A stretch of 64,000 bases of DNA from an uncultured Solirubrobacterales bacterium. GTDB lineage: Bacteria > Actinomycetota > Thermoleophilia > Solirubrobacterales > 70-9. Positions within the stretch are counted from its first letter, which is position 1; the number at the start of each line of letters is the position of its first letter. Below are positions 35,291-45,583 of the stretch, one piece after another. The notes beneath the pieces were generated by a model, which was not told the origin of the DNA, made no database searches, and saw nothing but the letters and a program-made list of their open reading frames with translations. The stretch lies in NCBI GenBank assembly GCA_963791335.1, contig CAWBRN010000003.1, forward strand, positions 487,841 to 551,840, in the 5' to 3' direction. Both the position numbers and the translations under genes were made by a program.

Positions 35291-37568
35291 GTGGCGGCGG
35301 AGGCCGTGGGCACGGATTCTCCGCCTGACTCCGATCTCCTAATCGGTAAGTTCGTCCCGCCGTCGTCGAGGCAAGGGGCCGCCGACCGTTCGAGGTTGCT
35401 CGACCTGTGCTCAGGGGGGGCGAGCAAGAAGCTGACCATCGTCGACGCTCCGGCGGGCTACGGAAAGACCACACTGCTGGCGAGTTGGTTTGAGCATGCC
35501 GAGAAGGACGGTCGGGTCGTCGCCTGGCTCTCGCTGGAGCAATCCGAGGACGATCCTGCGCTCTTCTGGCGCTACGTCGTCGGCGCGTTGCGGTGGGCGG
35601 GCTTCGCCGGCGGCGCCGAGGCGGAGTCGATGTTGCGGGTGCCGGGAACAGACGTCGAGGCAGCCGATTCGATCGCTGCTCAATGACCTCGCGTCAGCTG
35701 GATCAACCGGTCGTCATCGTGCTCGACGACTACCAGCTGGTGCAGGAGCCCACCTGCCACCGCCTGTTCGCGTACTTCCTCGACCACGCGCCCGAGACCG
35801 TTCACGTGATGATGGCCACCCGGTCCGACCCGCCGCTCCCGCTCGCATCGCTTCGGGCGGCGGGCCAACTCACCGAGGTCCGCGCGAGTGACCTCAGGCT
35901 GACCGCGGAGGAGGCGGCGGAGTTCGTCCGGATCGGAGAGGGTCTGCCGCTCGATGACGGGGAGCTGGAGCTGCTGACCGCTCGGACCGAGGGGTGGGTC
36001 GCGGCCATGCACCTGGCGGTCCTCTGGCTCCGGGGCGAGCCGGACCAGCGTGCGGCGCTCCTCGAGTTCGCGGGTGACAACCGCCACCTGGTCGATTACC
36101 TCGGCGAGCAGGTGCTCGCCGGGCTTGGAGCCGGAGATCGAGCGCTTCCTGCTGGAGACCTCGATCCTGAACCGGTTTTGCGCACCGCTCTGCGACGCGG
36201 TTACCGGACGCGACGACGCGACTGAATCAATCGCGGAGATCGAGCGAGTGAACCTCTTCCTGGTCCCGTTGGACGGGCGTCGACGTTGGTTTCGCTATCA
36301 CCACCTGTTCGGAGGCCTGCTCAGGGCCGAGCTCTCGAGGCGCAAGGGAGACCTCGTGCCGGTTCTGCACGAGCGCGCCTACGCATGGCATCGCGAGAAC
36401 GGGACCGTCACCGAATGCGTCCACCATGCGACGCTGGCCGGCGACTGGGGTGCCGCCGCCGAGGCGATCACCTCCTCCTGGATCAGCCTCATCCGTTCCG
36501 GTCGCTCCGCGACCATCCAGCGCTGGATCAAGCGGTTTCCGGAAGAGGCGCTGGACGAGTACCCGGAGCTCGGGTATGTCGGCGTGTTCGTCACCGCACT
36601 GGCCGGCGGGACCGAGGCCGAAGTGGGCCGCTGGCTGCGGATCGCCGAGAGCGCCGCGGCGGGAGCCGCACCCGGTCCCACGACGGCTGCCCGACGGGAC
36701 GACCTCACACGAGGTGAACGTCAACATCGCCCGGGCGGCATTCATCTACCGGGACATCGGAGCGGCTCTCGATGTCGCTCGGCAGGTGGTCGCTCAGGAA
36801 CCACGAGGCGGCCAGTGGCGAGTGCCGGCGCTCGCGGCGCTCGCCTTCCTCCATTACATCTCGGGCGACCCGAATGGGTCTCGAGATGCCGCCGAGCAGG
36901 CCATGAGCGATCCCGACGTGGCGCGCCGACCGCACGGCGCCGTCCTCGCGCTCGCGACGCTGAGCCTGATCGAGCTCGACCAGGGGGATCCCGAAAAGTC
37001 GGATCGCACCGCCCGACGAGCGCTGGATGGAGCCGCCTCGGCGGGACTCGCCAGAAGCGTTTCCTCCGGGCTCGCATACGTCGCTCTGGGGCGAGCGTTG
37101 GTCGCCATGAACCGCTACGAGGAGGGGATCCGGGAGTTGGAGACGGCCAACGAACTGCTCGAGGGACGCTCCCCCATCGCCCATCACCTCCTCGCACTGC
37201 TGAGCCTCGCGGAGGCGCAGCGCCTGAACGGCGACCTCCTGGCCGCGCATCGAGCCGCGGACCAGGCTGAGCTGATGATCGAGTCCTTCGAAGACGCCGG
37301 GATCTTCCCGACGATGCTCGCCGAGACGAGGCGCAAGTCGCAGGTCGCACGCCAGCGACGCCGGGCGGGGCCGGGCGTCGAGGTCTCGGAGACCGAATTG
37401 GCCGTGCTCAGGCTTCTGGCCGGACCGAAATCCCGACGCGAGATCGCCGATGAGCTCTGCGTCTCCGTCAACACCGTGAAGACCCATTCCTCATCGATCT
37501 ACCGCAAGCTCGATGTCGGCTCCCGAGCCGACGCGGTGCAGGCCGCGCGAACGCTCCAACTCCTCTGA
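35291..37568 (+). pseudogene. MalT/LuxR-family STAND ATPase transcriptional regulator (AAA + TPR + LuxR HTH); at least 3 frameshifts
   Basis: ..KLTIVDAPAGYGKTTLLASW (P-loop) / ..PVVIVLDDYQLV..MMATRSDPPLPLASLRAAGQLTEVRASDLRLTAEEAAEF..TEGWVAAMHLAVLWL / LEPEIERFLLETSILNRFCAPLCDAV..RWFRYHHLF.. / ..TPR-like.. ETELAVLRLLAGPKSRREIADELCVSVNTVKTHSSSIYRKLDV. Frame changes lie near 35670-35700, at 36125 (TT) and at 36660-36705. Confidence 0.8.
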
Positions 37569-37679
37569 AGAGCGGCGTCTCACCCGGGTGATTTGACGCC
37601 GGGTGCCCTGGCCATCGGCTCCCCCGATCGCAACAGTTGAGCGGCTATCAAGGACGAATCAACTTCATCGGAGGACTCA

Positions 37680-39188
37680 ATGACCAAGAAATCGAAGAGC
37701 AGAACGCTGATGGCGACACTGGCGGTGCTGACGGCGGCGCTGCTTGCGACCGCAGGAACGGCGGCCGCGGATCCGATCGCTTCCAGCGGTCCGGCCCCCT
37801 CGCTACCGGCATTTCAGGGAAGCCCGGCGACCGCCCACAAGATCGCCGACCCGACGATCGCGCCTCAGAACCCGTTCATGGCGGACAACCCGCTCAGCAA
37901 CATCCACAACGACACGTGGATGACCGACGCCTACCAACTCAAGGGACCGCTCGGCGACTCGCCGGTAGCGACTTCGGCTGCCAAGCCGCTCCGTATTTGC
38001 GGGAGCCTTGCGTTCGACAGCGCCGGCGACATCGTTTCCGTCTGCCCCTCGCTCTTCGCGGGACCTCAGATCCGGGTCATGGATCCCGACACGCTGGAGA
38101 CCCTCGGCTCTCTCGACCTGCCCGATGCCGCAAACCCGCCGGGGACGAAGGCGTACCAGAACTTCACCGGTGGTGGCTATTTCTTCCTCGATCACAAGGA
38201 TCAGCTGTGGGTGCCCACCAAGACCGACCACATTCAGGTCTACGGCCTGGGAACGGACGGGGTCACGCCGACGCTGAAGCAGGACTACGACCTGACTTCG
38301 GTTCTCGACCAGTCAACCGAGCGGATCACCTCGGCCCTTCCCGACTTCAACGGACTGATCTGGTTCGTCTCGAAGGCCAACGGCAAGATCGGGACGCTGA
38401 ACACCAAGACCGGCGCTCTGAAGACGATCACGACCGACGAGGAGATCGAGAACTCCTTCGCGGTCGGCAAGAACGGCGTGTACATCGCCTCCGACAAGCG
38501 CATGTACCGGTTCGAGGCGAGCAAGAGCGGCGTCCCGAAGGTCGTCTGGCAGAAGACCTACGAGAACTCCGGGATCATCAAGCCGAGCCAGCTCAACGCG
38601 GGGACCGGGACGACGCCGACGATCATGGACAACGGCTACGTCGCGATAACCGACAACGCAGACCCGATGAACGTCGTCGTCTACCGAACCGGGAAGAAGC
38701 TCCACGGCCAGAAGCGCACGGTGTGCGAGGTCCCGGTGTTCAAGGCGGGTGGAAGCGCGACCGAGAACTCGCTGATGACCGCGGGTCGCTCGCTGATCGT
38801 CGAGAACAACTACGGCTATCAGGATCCCCTGGGACCGAATGCCGGGGCCGTGACCGAGGCGGGCTTCGCCCGGGTCGACGTCAAGAAGAACGGCAAGGGC
38901 TGCACCAAGGAGTGGACCAACAAGGAAGTGTCCGCACCGACGGTCGTTCCCAAGCTGTCGACAAAGACCGGTCTGATCTACACCTACTCGCGGCCCGCAG
39001 ACCCGAGCGGCTCCGAGGGTTACTACTGGACCGCAATCGACTGGCGAAACGGCAAGACGGCCTTCAGCCAGTACGCCGGCTCAGGTCTGAACTACAACAA
39101 CAACTACGCCGGGCTGGCACTCGGCTCCGACGGCACTGCCTACCTCGGAGTGATCGGCGGCATGCTCGCCCTTCGCGACGGCAGCTAA
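37680..39188 (+). CDS. hypothetical secreted protein, probably beta-propeller-like
   Basis: Intact 502 aa. GGAGGA RBS. Signal MTKKSKSRTLMATLAVLTAALLATAGTAAA. Repetitive beta-rich sequence. No family recognised. Confidence 0.7.
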   Translation: MTKKSKSRTLMATLAVLTAALLATAGTAAADPIASSGPAPSLPAFQGSPATAHKIADPTIAPQNPFMADNPLSNIHNDTWMTDAYQLKGPLGDSPVATSAAKPLRICGSLAFDSAGDIVSVCPSLFAGPQIRVMDPDTLETLGSLDLPDAANPPGTKAYQNFTGGGYFFLDHKDQLWVPTKTDHIQVYGLGTDGVTPTLKQDYDLTSVLDQSTERITSALPDFNGLIWFVSKANGKIGTLNTKTGALKTITTDEEIENSFAVGKNGVYIASDKRMYRFEASKSGVPKVVWQKTYENSGIIKPSQLNAGTGTTPTIMDNGYVAITDNADPMNVVVYRTGKKLHGQKRTVCEVPVFKAGGSATENSLMTAGRSLIVENNYGYQDPLGPNAGAVTEAGFARVDVKKNGKGCTKEWTNKEVSAPTVVPKLSTKTGLIYTYSRPADPSGSEGYYWTAIDWRNGKTAFSQYAGSGLNYNNNYAGLALGSDGTAYLGVIGGMLALRDGS

Positions 39189-39209
39189 GGCTCGAGCAGC
39201 GGAAGCAAT

Positions 39210-39246
39210 CGCACACGGCTCGGGCGTGGAGCTTGGGCCGTGTGCG
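39210..39246 (+). terminator. possible intrinsic terminator hairpin after the 37680..39188 gene
   Basis: cgcacacggc (39210-39219) pairs perfectly with gccgtgtgcg (39237-39246) across a 17-nt loop, followed by aagtttcgc. The U-tract is weak. Confidence 0.35.
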
Positions 39247-39341
39247 AAGTTTCGCTTGCGATTCGCGCCAGCCCGTCCAGATGATCGGCGGCGCTTTGCC
39301 CAATCACAATGTCCATGCGGCATTGCAGCCGATGAGAAGAG

Positions 39342-39415
<74 letters not shown>

Positions 39416-39492
39416 TAGCGGCGGGTGGTGGCCCGCGGATCGGTCATCTTAGAGCCGTTCGGCGCAACAGGGCTCGGCGCGGACGAGGGCGT

Positions 39493-40434
39493 TCAGGTGG
39501 CGGCGAAGTAACTCACGATGGACTCGTCGATGAAGGCGTCGATCGCGGAGATCCGGTCGCCGTCGACCTCGAGGGTGAGGACTCCGTGGGGGTGGCGCCC
39601 CTCGACGTCCTCGATGAACATGGCGACGGCGGGGAGGCCGTTGGCACGGGACGGGACCAGGTCGATGCGGGACATGCGACCGCAGCCGTCGTCGCCGGCG
39701 AAGAAGCTGACGATCTCGCCGCTTCCCGCCACCGACTCCTGCGGGGGCATTCGCAGCACGGCGTCCTCGCGGAGCAGCTCGACGAGGCCTTCGAGGTCCT
39801 GCTCCTGCCATGCCTCGACGTATCGGCTGAGCAGCTCGCGCTGAGTCGGGGCCGCCGCGGTCGGCGACGTGGCCGGCAACTCCTTGTCGATCGTTTCCCG
39901 TGCCCGCTGGAGGGCGCTGTTGACGGCGGCACCGGTGGAGTCGAGGAGGTCGGCGACCTCGGGCGAGGTCCAGCCGAGGACGTCACGCAACACGAGGATC
40001 GCGCGCTGACGGCCCGGGAGCTTCTGGATGGCCGTGAGGAAGGCGAGCTCCACCCCCTCCTTCGCGGCGTAGCGGGCCGCCGGATCGGCGACGGGGCCGG
40101 CGGCCTCCTCGAGCCGATCGTCGGGGTAGGGCTCGACCGGAGCCGGGCGGCGCGGGCGGCGCTCGAGCTCATCGAGGCAGGCGTTGGTGGCGATCCGATA
40201 GAGCCACGTCTCGACGGATGAGCGGCCCTCGAAGCGATCGAGCCCGCGCCAGGCCCGCAGCAGCGTCTCCTGGACGACGTCCTCGGCGTCGTGGATCGAG
40301 CCGAGCATCCGATAGCAGTGGATCTCGAGCATCCGCCGATAGGGATCGACGAGCTTGCGGAATGCACGCTCGTCGCCGGCCTCGGCCTCGGCCCGCAGCA
40401 CGCGCTCATCAGTTGTCGCCATCGCTCGGTTCAT
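39493..40434 (-). CDS. ECF-type RNA polymerase sigma-70 factor with a fused C-terminal SnoaL/NTF2-like domain (SigJ/SigG-like group)
   Basis: Region 2 ..YRMLGSIHDAEDVVQETLLRAW... Region 4 ..LPGRQRAILVLRDVLGWTSPEVADLLDSTGAAVNSALQRAR... Then a roughly 130-aa extension ..LLSRYVEAWQEQDLEGLVELLREDAVLRMPP... Start is ATG 40434 or 40422. Confidence 0.85.
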   Translation of the reverse strand: MNRAMATTDERVLRAEAEAGDERAFRKLVDPYRRMLEIHCYRMLGSIHDAEDVVQETLLRAWRGLDRFEGRSSVETWLYRIATNACLDELERRPRRPAPVEPYPDDRLEEAAGPVADPAARYAAKEGVELAFLTAIQKLPGRQRAILVLRDVLGWTSPEVADLLDSTGAAVNSALQRARETIDKELPATSPTAAAPTQRELLSRYVEAWQEQDLEGLVELLREDAVLRMPPQESVAGSGEIVSFFAGDDGCGRMSRIDLVPSRANGLPAVAMFIEDVEGRHPHGVLTLEVDGDRISAIDAFIDESIVSYFAAT

Positions 40435-40512
40435 GGGTCTCGTTGCGGTTAGACGATCGGCGGGTCGCAAATTCATCGGTGACTTGCGGCTCGCATCGTC
40501 GTCTAACTGGGC

Positions 40513-41934
40513 ATGAATTCCAATACGACCAGAAAATGGACCGTTGCCCTCACCGCGATCGGCTCACTGATGGCCGCTCTCGACACGCTCGTCGTGGCGT
40601 CAGCTCTGAGCACGATTCGCCTCGACCTCGGCGCATCCGTCGAGCAGCTGGAGTGGACCGTGAACGCCTACAACCTGAGCTTCGCCGTGCTGCTGATGAC
40701 CGGCGCCGCGCTCGGCGACCGCTTCGGCCGCCGCCGCTTCTACGCGATCGGCCTGGCGGTCTTCGCGTTCGCGTCAGCCGCCTGCGCGCTTGCGCCCGAC
40801 GTCGGCTGGCTGATCGCCGCTCGAGCCGTGCAGGGCGCCGGCGCCGCCCTGCTCATGCCGCTGGGCCTCGCGCTGCTGAGCGCCGCGTTCCCACCCGACA
40901 AACGCGGAGCCGCGATCGGTTTGTTCAGTGCGATCACCGGCCTCGCCGTCGCGAGCGGCCCGCTGATCGGTGGCGCGGTCGTCGAGGGAATCGACTGGGA
41001 GTGGATCTTCTGGATCAACGTCCCGATCGGCCTGATCGCGGCGCCCCTTGCGCTGCGGCGAATCAAGGAGAGCTTCGGTTCTGACACCTCCCTCGACGTT
41101 CCCGGGCTGGCACTCGTCAGCCTCGGCGCGCTCGGAATCGTCTGGGCGCTCGTCCGGGGCAACGGCGCCGGCTGGGGGAGCGCGGAGGTCCTCGGCTCGC
41201 TGATCGCCGGACTGGCGCTGATCGTCGCCTTCGTGGTCTGGGAGCGTCGCGCGCCGCAACCGATGCTGCCCATGCGCCTTTTCCGGAGCCGATCCTTCTC
41301 CGCCGGGAACGCGGCGATCTTCTTCACGCTGGGAGCCTTGTTCAGCTGCGTATTCCTGTTCGCGCAGTACCTGCAGACGTCGCTGGGCTACGGGCCGTTC
41401 GACACCGGCCTGCGGCTGATGCCATGGACCGTGACCTTCATCCTGATCGCGCCGGCTGCGGGAGCTCTGGCCGACCGGATCGGCGAGCGGCCGCTGATCC
41501 TGACCGGACTGCTGCTCCAGGCGGGCGGGCTGCTCTGGCTGTCCGTGGTTGCCGACGCGAACGCGTCCTACGCCGACCTCGTGCTGCCGATGATCGTCGC
41601 CGGCGTCGGCGTGTCGATGGCGATCCCGGCGGGACAGAACGCCGTGGTCGGTGAGAGCGAGATGGGCGAGCTCGGCAAGGCCGCGGCCGCCAACAGCATG
41701 ATGCGCGAGCTCGGCGGCGTTTTCGGAATCGCGGTCACGGTGGCCGTATTCGGCGCGGTCGGGAGTTATGCGTCGGCCGCCGCCTTCAGCGACGGCTTCT
41801 CGGCCGCCGTGGCCGTCGCCGCAGGGCTCTCCCTGGCAGGCGCGATCGCCGCGACGGCCCTGCCGTTCCGCCGGTCCGCTCCGACGACGACCGAATTGAA
41901 TCCGAACGCAACCGAAGCAAGGAGCAACGCATGA
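40513..41934 (+). CDS. MFS transporter, DHA2 (EmrB/QacA, 14-TMS) drug:H+ antiporter family
   Basis: Intact 473 aa. Contains ..LDTLVVASALSTIRLDLG.., GDRFGRRRF and 14 predicted helices. Confidence 0.85.
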   Translation: MNSNTTRKWTVALTAIGSLMAALDTLVVASALSTIRLDLGASVEQLEWTVNAYNLSFAVLLMTGAALGDRFGRRRFYAIGLAVFAFASAACALAPDVGWLIAARAVQGAGAALLMPLGLALLSAAFPPDKRGAAIGLFSAITGLAVASGPLIGGAVVEGIDWEWIFWINVPIGLIAAPLALRRIKESFGSDTSLDVPGLALVSLGALGIVWALVRGNGAGWGSAEVLGSLIAGLALIVAFVVWERRAPQPMLPMRLFRSRSFSAGNAAIFFTLGALFSCVFLFAQYLQTSLGYGPFDTGLRLMPWTVTFILIAPAAGALADRIGERPLILTGLLLQAGGLLWLSVVADANASYADLVLPMIVAGVGVSMAIPAGQNAVVGESEMGELGKAAAANSMMRELGGVFGIAVTVAVFGAVGSYASAAAFSDGFSAAVAVAAGLSLAGAIAATALPFRRSAPTTTELNPNATEARSNA

Positions 41935-42230
41935 AGACCGTGGTAGTCAGATACGAGGTGCGGCCCGAGCGCGCCGAGGAGAACGTCGAGCTCGTCCGCG
42001 CCGTCTACGCCGAGCTTGCCGATGTGCGGCCCGCCGGATTCCGGTACCGGACGCTGCGGCTCGAGGACGGGGTGAGTTTCGTCCACATCGCCGAGACCGA
42101 CGATTCCGCCGAGACGCCGTTGACTGGTCTCGACTCGTTCAAACGGTTTCAGGCCGGAATCGGAGAGCGATGCGTCGCCGGGCCTCAGCCGAGCCGAGCG
42201 GAGGAGATTGGAGCATTCGGCGACCGGTAG
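41931..42230 (+). CDS. small ABM-like (antibiotic biosynthesis monooxygenase fold) protein
   Basis: The ATG overlaps the MFS stop (ATGA). The 99 aa begin MKTVVVRYEVRPERAEENVELVRAVYAELADVRPAGFRYRTLRLEDGVSFVHIAE... The fold assignment is tentative. Confidence 0.55.
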   Translation: MKTVVVRYEVRPERAEENVELVRAVYAELADVRPAGFRYRTLRLEDGVSFVHIAETDDSAETPLTGLDSFKRFQAGIGERCVAGPQPSRAEEIGAFGDR

Positions 42231-42243
42231 CTAGGTTTCCGGC

Positions 42244-42837
42244 ATGGCCATACGGAAGCTTCAAAGTCAGGGCGTTCACCACATCACGATCACCGGGGCG
42301 GATCGGCAGACGTCGATCGACTTCTGGGAAGGCGTGCTCGGCATGCCGTTCGTGTTCGAGCAGCCGAACCTCGACAACGAGAACGAGAGTCACCTCTACT
42401 TCGACCCGGGCGACGGCCGGCTGATCACCATCTTCACCAACGAGGATCGCAAGGGGACGCCGGACCGGACGCCGATGGATCCGGGTTGCGTCCACCACCT
42501 CGCGTTCGCGGTCTCGAAGGCGACCTGGGACCAGGCGGTCGAGCGGCTCGAGGAACGGGGGATCGAGCACAGCGGCCCGAAGGACCGCGGCTTCATGGAC
42601 TCGATCTACTTCAAGGACCCGCTGGGACTGCTGATCGAGCTCGCCGCCTACCGCTTCGAGCCGCCCGCCGGCCATACGCACGCCGACGTCCTCCTGGCAG
42701 CCCACAGGATCCGGGTCGAGCGGGGCGACTACAACATCGCCCAGATCCATCTGGCCGACGCGATCGAGGAGCTCGCGACGAGCTCGCGGGACACGCTTTC
42801 GGTCGATCGCGATCCAAAGGATCCATACGGCGAGTAA
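42244..42837 (+). CDS. VOC (glyoxalase/bleomycin-resistance/ring-cleaving dioxygenase) family protein
   Basis: Intact 197 aa. Contains ..GVHHITITGADRQTSIDFWEGVLGMPFVFEQPN..HLYFDPGDG..VHHLAF..DSIYFKDPLGLLIELA. Confidence 0.8.
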   Translation: MAIRKLQSQGVHHITITGADRQTSIDFWEGVLGMPFVFEQPNLDNENESHLYFDPGDGRLITIFTNEDRKGTPDRTPMDPGCVHHLAFAVSKATWDQAVERLEERGIEHSGPKDRGFMDSIYFKDPLGLLIELAAYRFEPPAGHTHADVLLAAHRIRVERGDYNIAQIHLADAIEELATSSRDTLSVDRDPKDPYGE

Positions 42838-42959
42838 CCGGGGTGGTCGCTCGACAGGCGGCCGCCGAGCTGCCCGTGTGTCGACGTCACACGAAAACTG
42901 GCTGGCTGGCCAGTATTCTGCTTCGGCACCGAAGGCACCTAACCGGAGAGGACCCGCAG

Positions 42960-44193
42960 ATGCCCACCGAGACCGATCAGAGCCTCGACGAGATCGACGT
43001 CGGCGACCCGAAGAACTGGGGGAACGGGGCGCCGCACGAGATCTTCAAACGCCTGCGGAACGAGTGTCCGGTCCACTGGTCGGAGATCGAGGACTACCCG
43101 GACGAGGCCGGCTTCTGGTCGGTCGTCACGGCGGAGGACGTCCACTCCGTGAGCCGCGACTGGCAGACCTTCTCCTCCGAGCGCGGCGGCTGCATGGCGC
43201 TCACGCACGCGATCCCGCTCGAGCTGATGACCTCGATGTTCATCGCGATGGACCCGCCCAAGCACGACCGGCTCAAGGCTCTCTTCCAGCGCGGGTTCAC
43301 GCCGAAGCGGATCGCCCAGCACGAGGACGAGATCCGGGCGATCGCGGTGCGAGGTGCTCGATCGGCTCGAGGGCCGGGAGACCTGCGACGTGGTCAACGA
43401 CATCGCCCAGCCGGTCGTCTCGCGGGTGATCGGCAGCTTCATGGGGATCCCGGAGGAGGACGACAAGGCTTGGGCGACGCTGATGAACACGACGCTCGGG
43501 GTCGGCGACGAGGACCTCGCCCCCGGCGGCCTCGAGAAGGTGCTGGCCGAGGACTTCCCGGAGATCTTCCGCCGCGCCCAGGAGATGATCGACGACCGCC
43601 GCGAGAACCCGACCGACGATCTGACCAGCGTTCTCGTCCACGCCGAGATCGACGGCGAGATGCTCGCCGACCACGAGATCGTCATGGGCTTCTTCCTGCT
43701 GGTCGCGGCCGGCAACGACTCGACCAAGGCGACATTCACGCAGCGGAATGAAGGCACTGCTCGACCATCCCGATCAGATGCAGGAGCTGGTCGAGGACCC
43801 GTCGCTGATCCCGGGCGCGATCGAGGAGTGCCTGCGGATGTTCCCGGCGTTCGCCAACTTCCGGCGGACGGCGACGAAGGACACCGAGATCCATGGCCAC
43901 CCGATCGCCGAGGGCGACAAGGTCCTCATGTGGTACGTCTCGCAGCAATCGCGACGAGAGTGTCTACGAGGATCCGGACGTCTTCGACATCCACCGCAAT
44001 CCCGAGCATCAGGCGTTCGGCGCCGGCGGACGGCATTTCTGCCTGGGCACGGCGCTCGCCCGCCTCGAGCTGAAGGTCCTCTTCGAGGAGACGCTGAAGC
44101 GCTACCCGAACATGACCCGCAACGGCGAGGCCAAGCCGGCGATCGACGGCCTTCCTCAATCAGTTCAAGACGCTGCCGGTCAAGCTCGCGTAG
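42960..44193 (+). pseudogene. cytochrome P450; 4 frameshifts
   Basis: MPTETDQSLDEIDVGDPKNW..PVHWSE..FIAMDPPKHDRLKALFQRGFTPKRI..AV / EVLDRLEGRETCDVV..LLVAAGNDSTKATFT / [37 protein letters not shown] / [42 protein letters not shown] (heme Cys loop).. / [13 protein letters not shown]. Frame changes lie near 43350, 43741, 43943 and 44150. Confidence 0.85.
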
Positions 44194-44276
44194 CCGACGG
44201 CCGGTCGCCGTCCTCAGCGCGGGCCTCCGTGCCCAGGCCACATAGCCGGTGAAGGCTGATCCGTACCTTCACCGGC

Positions 44277-44594
44277 ATGAACCTACGGAACTTCAAGTAC
44301 GTCGCACTGATCGAGGCGACGACCTTCCTCCTGCTCCTGATCGCCAGCTACGTCAAGCGCGCGAGCGACCAGCCGCTCGGCGTCGAGATCCTCGGCCCGA
44401 TCCACGGCCTCCTCTTCATCGCCTACGTCGTGATGGCGCTCGCCGTCCGGGAGTCCGCCGGCTGGACCGGCAAGCAGACGCTGCTGATCCTGCTCGGCGC
44501 GGTGCTGCCGTTCGGTGGCTACGTAGTCGACGCCTGGATCAACCGCAACAACGCCGAGGAGCTGCGCGCCGAGGAGGCCGCCCGCCGGGCTTGA
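44277..44594 (+). CDS. DUF3817-like small membrane protein
   Basis: Intact 105 aa beginning MNLRNFKYVALIEATTFLLLLIASYVKR..GPIHGLLFIAYVVMAL.. Confidence 0.7.
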   Translation: MNLRNFKYVALIEATTFLLLLIASYVKRASDQPLGVEILGPIHGLLFIAYVVMALAVRESAGWTGKQTLLILLGAVLPFGGYVVDAWINRNNAEELRAEEAARRA

Positions 44595-44669
44595 GCGATT
44601 GGGGTCTCCAGAACCGATCGGACCGGACGCGAAGCGGAGGATCCGGTCGGAGTTATCTAGGGTCGGCGC

Positions 44670-44954
44670 ATGGGCTTCTTCTCCAGGCGCCGCGGCGGTG
44701 CGGGGCGGGCCGAGCGCGCCGATCAGCTCTTCGTCGGCGATCCGCGCTTCGACGACTGGGAGACGGTCCGCGAGTTCGAGGATCTCGGCACGGCGCGGGC
44801 GTGGCTGCAGCAGCTCTCCGACGCGGGCATCGAGGCGGCGCTCACCGCCGACCACGAACTCGACCGCTTCGACCGCGGCGACATCTATCTGCAGGTCCCG
44901 CCGGGCCGCTGGAGCGACGCCGAGGAACTGCTCGGCGGGCTCAGTGACCTCTGA
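44670..44954 (+). CDS. hypothetical small protein (DUF2007-like)
   Basis: Intact 94 aa. ..REFEDLGTARAWLQQLSDAGIEAALTAD..IYLQVPPGRWSDAEELL resembles the DUF2007 pattern. The call is tentative. Confidence 0.5.
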   Translation: MGFFSRRRGGAGRAERADQLFVGDPRFDDWETVREFEDLGTARAWLQQLSDAGIEAALTADHELDRFDRGDIYLQVPPGRWSDAEELLGGLSDL

Positions 44955-45506
44955 TCAGGATTTTCGGCAGTGAGTCGGTCGCTCGCGGGCGGCCTTCGCG
45001 ACCATCTTCCCCACCTCGCCGTAGAGGCCGTCGCGGGGGACCGCCCTCCAGAGGCCGCGGATCCAACCACGGCTGACGCCGAAGTTCACGGCGCCGCTGG
45101 AGAGCTCGATCATGTCGGCGCGGCGCATCAGCTCGACCTCCGGGCCGGCCTGCCACTGGCTGCGGAGCTCGTGATGGCGCTCGATCGCCTCGAGGCAGAG
45201 CTCCAGCCGCCGCCCGTCCCAGCCGGGCCGGCCGGCGAGCAGGTGCTTGGCGAAATGGGCGCCGTCGGTCGTGTAGACGCCGCCCTCGCTGGCGCCGTCG
45301 TAGAGGCCGATGTCGTGGAGGATCCCGGCGACGAGAAGGATCTCGTGGTCGACCATCAGCTCGCGGTCGGCGGCCTGGCGCTCGCTGAGCAGGAAGCAGC
45401 GCATGCCGTGCCGCTCCATCGGCCCGCCGGCCTCACCCGTCACCTCGCGCAGTGCGGTCAGGGCGGCGACCTCGGCCTCCGACTGGACGAGCTGCTCCGC
45501 CGTCAC
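44955..45506 (-). CDS. HD-domain metal-dependent phosphohydrolase
   Basis: Intact 183 aa. Contains ..RHGMRCFLL..EILLVAGILHDIGL..AIERHHE... Confidence 0.7.
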   Translation of the reverse strand: MTAEQLVQSEAEVAALTALREVTGEAGGPMERHGMRCFLLSERQAADRELMVDHEILLVAGILHDIGLYDGASEGGVYTTDGAHFAKHLLAGRPGWDGRRLELCLEAIERHHELRSQWQAGPEVELMRRADMIELSSGAVNFGVSRGWIRGLWRAVPRDGLYGEVGKMVAKAARERPTHCRKS

Positions 45507-45583
45507 GGTCTCGTTCGTCGTTGGGTCGTCCGGCCATGGCGGGCATCCTCTCAGGAGACGGGGTTCGGTTGTAGGGTCGGCCC

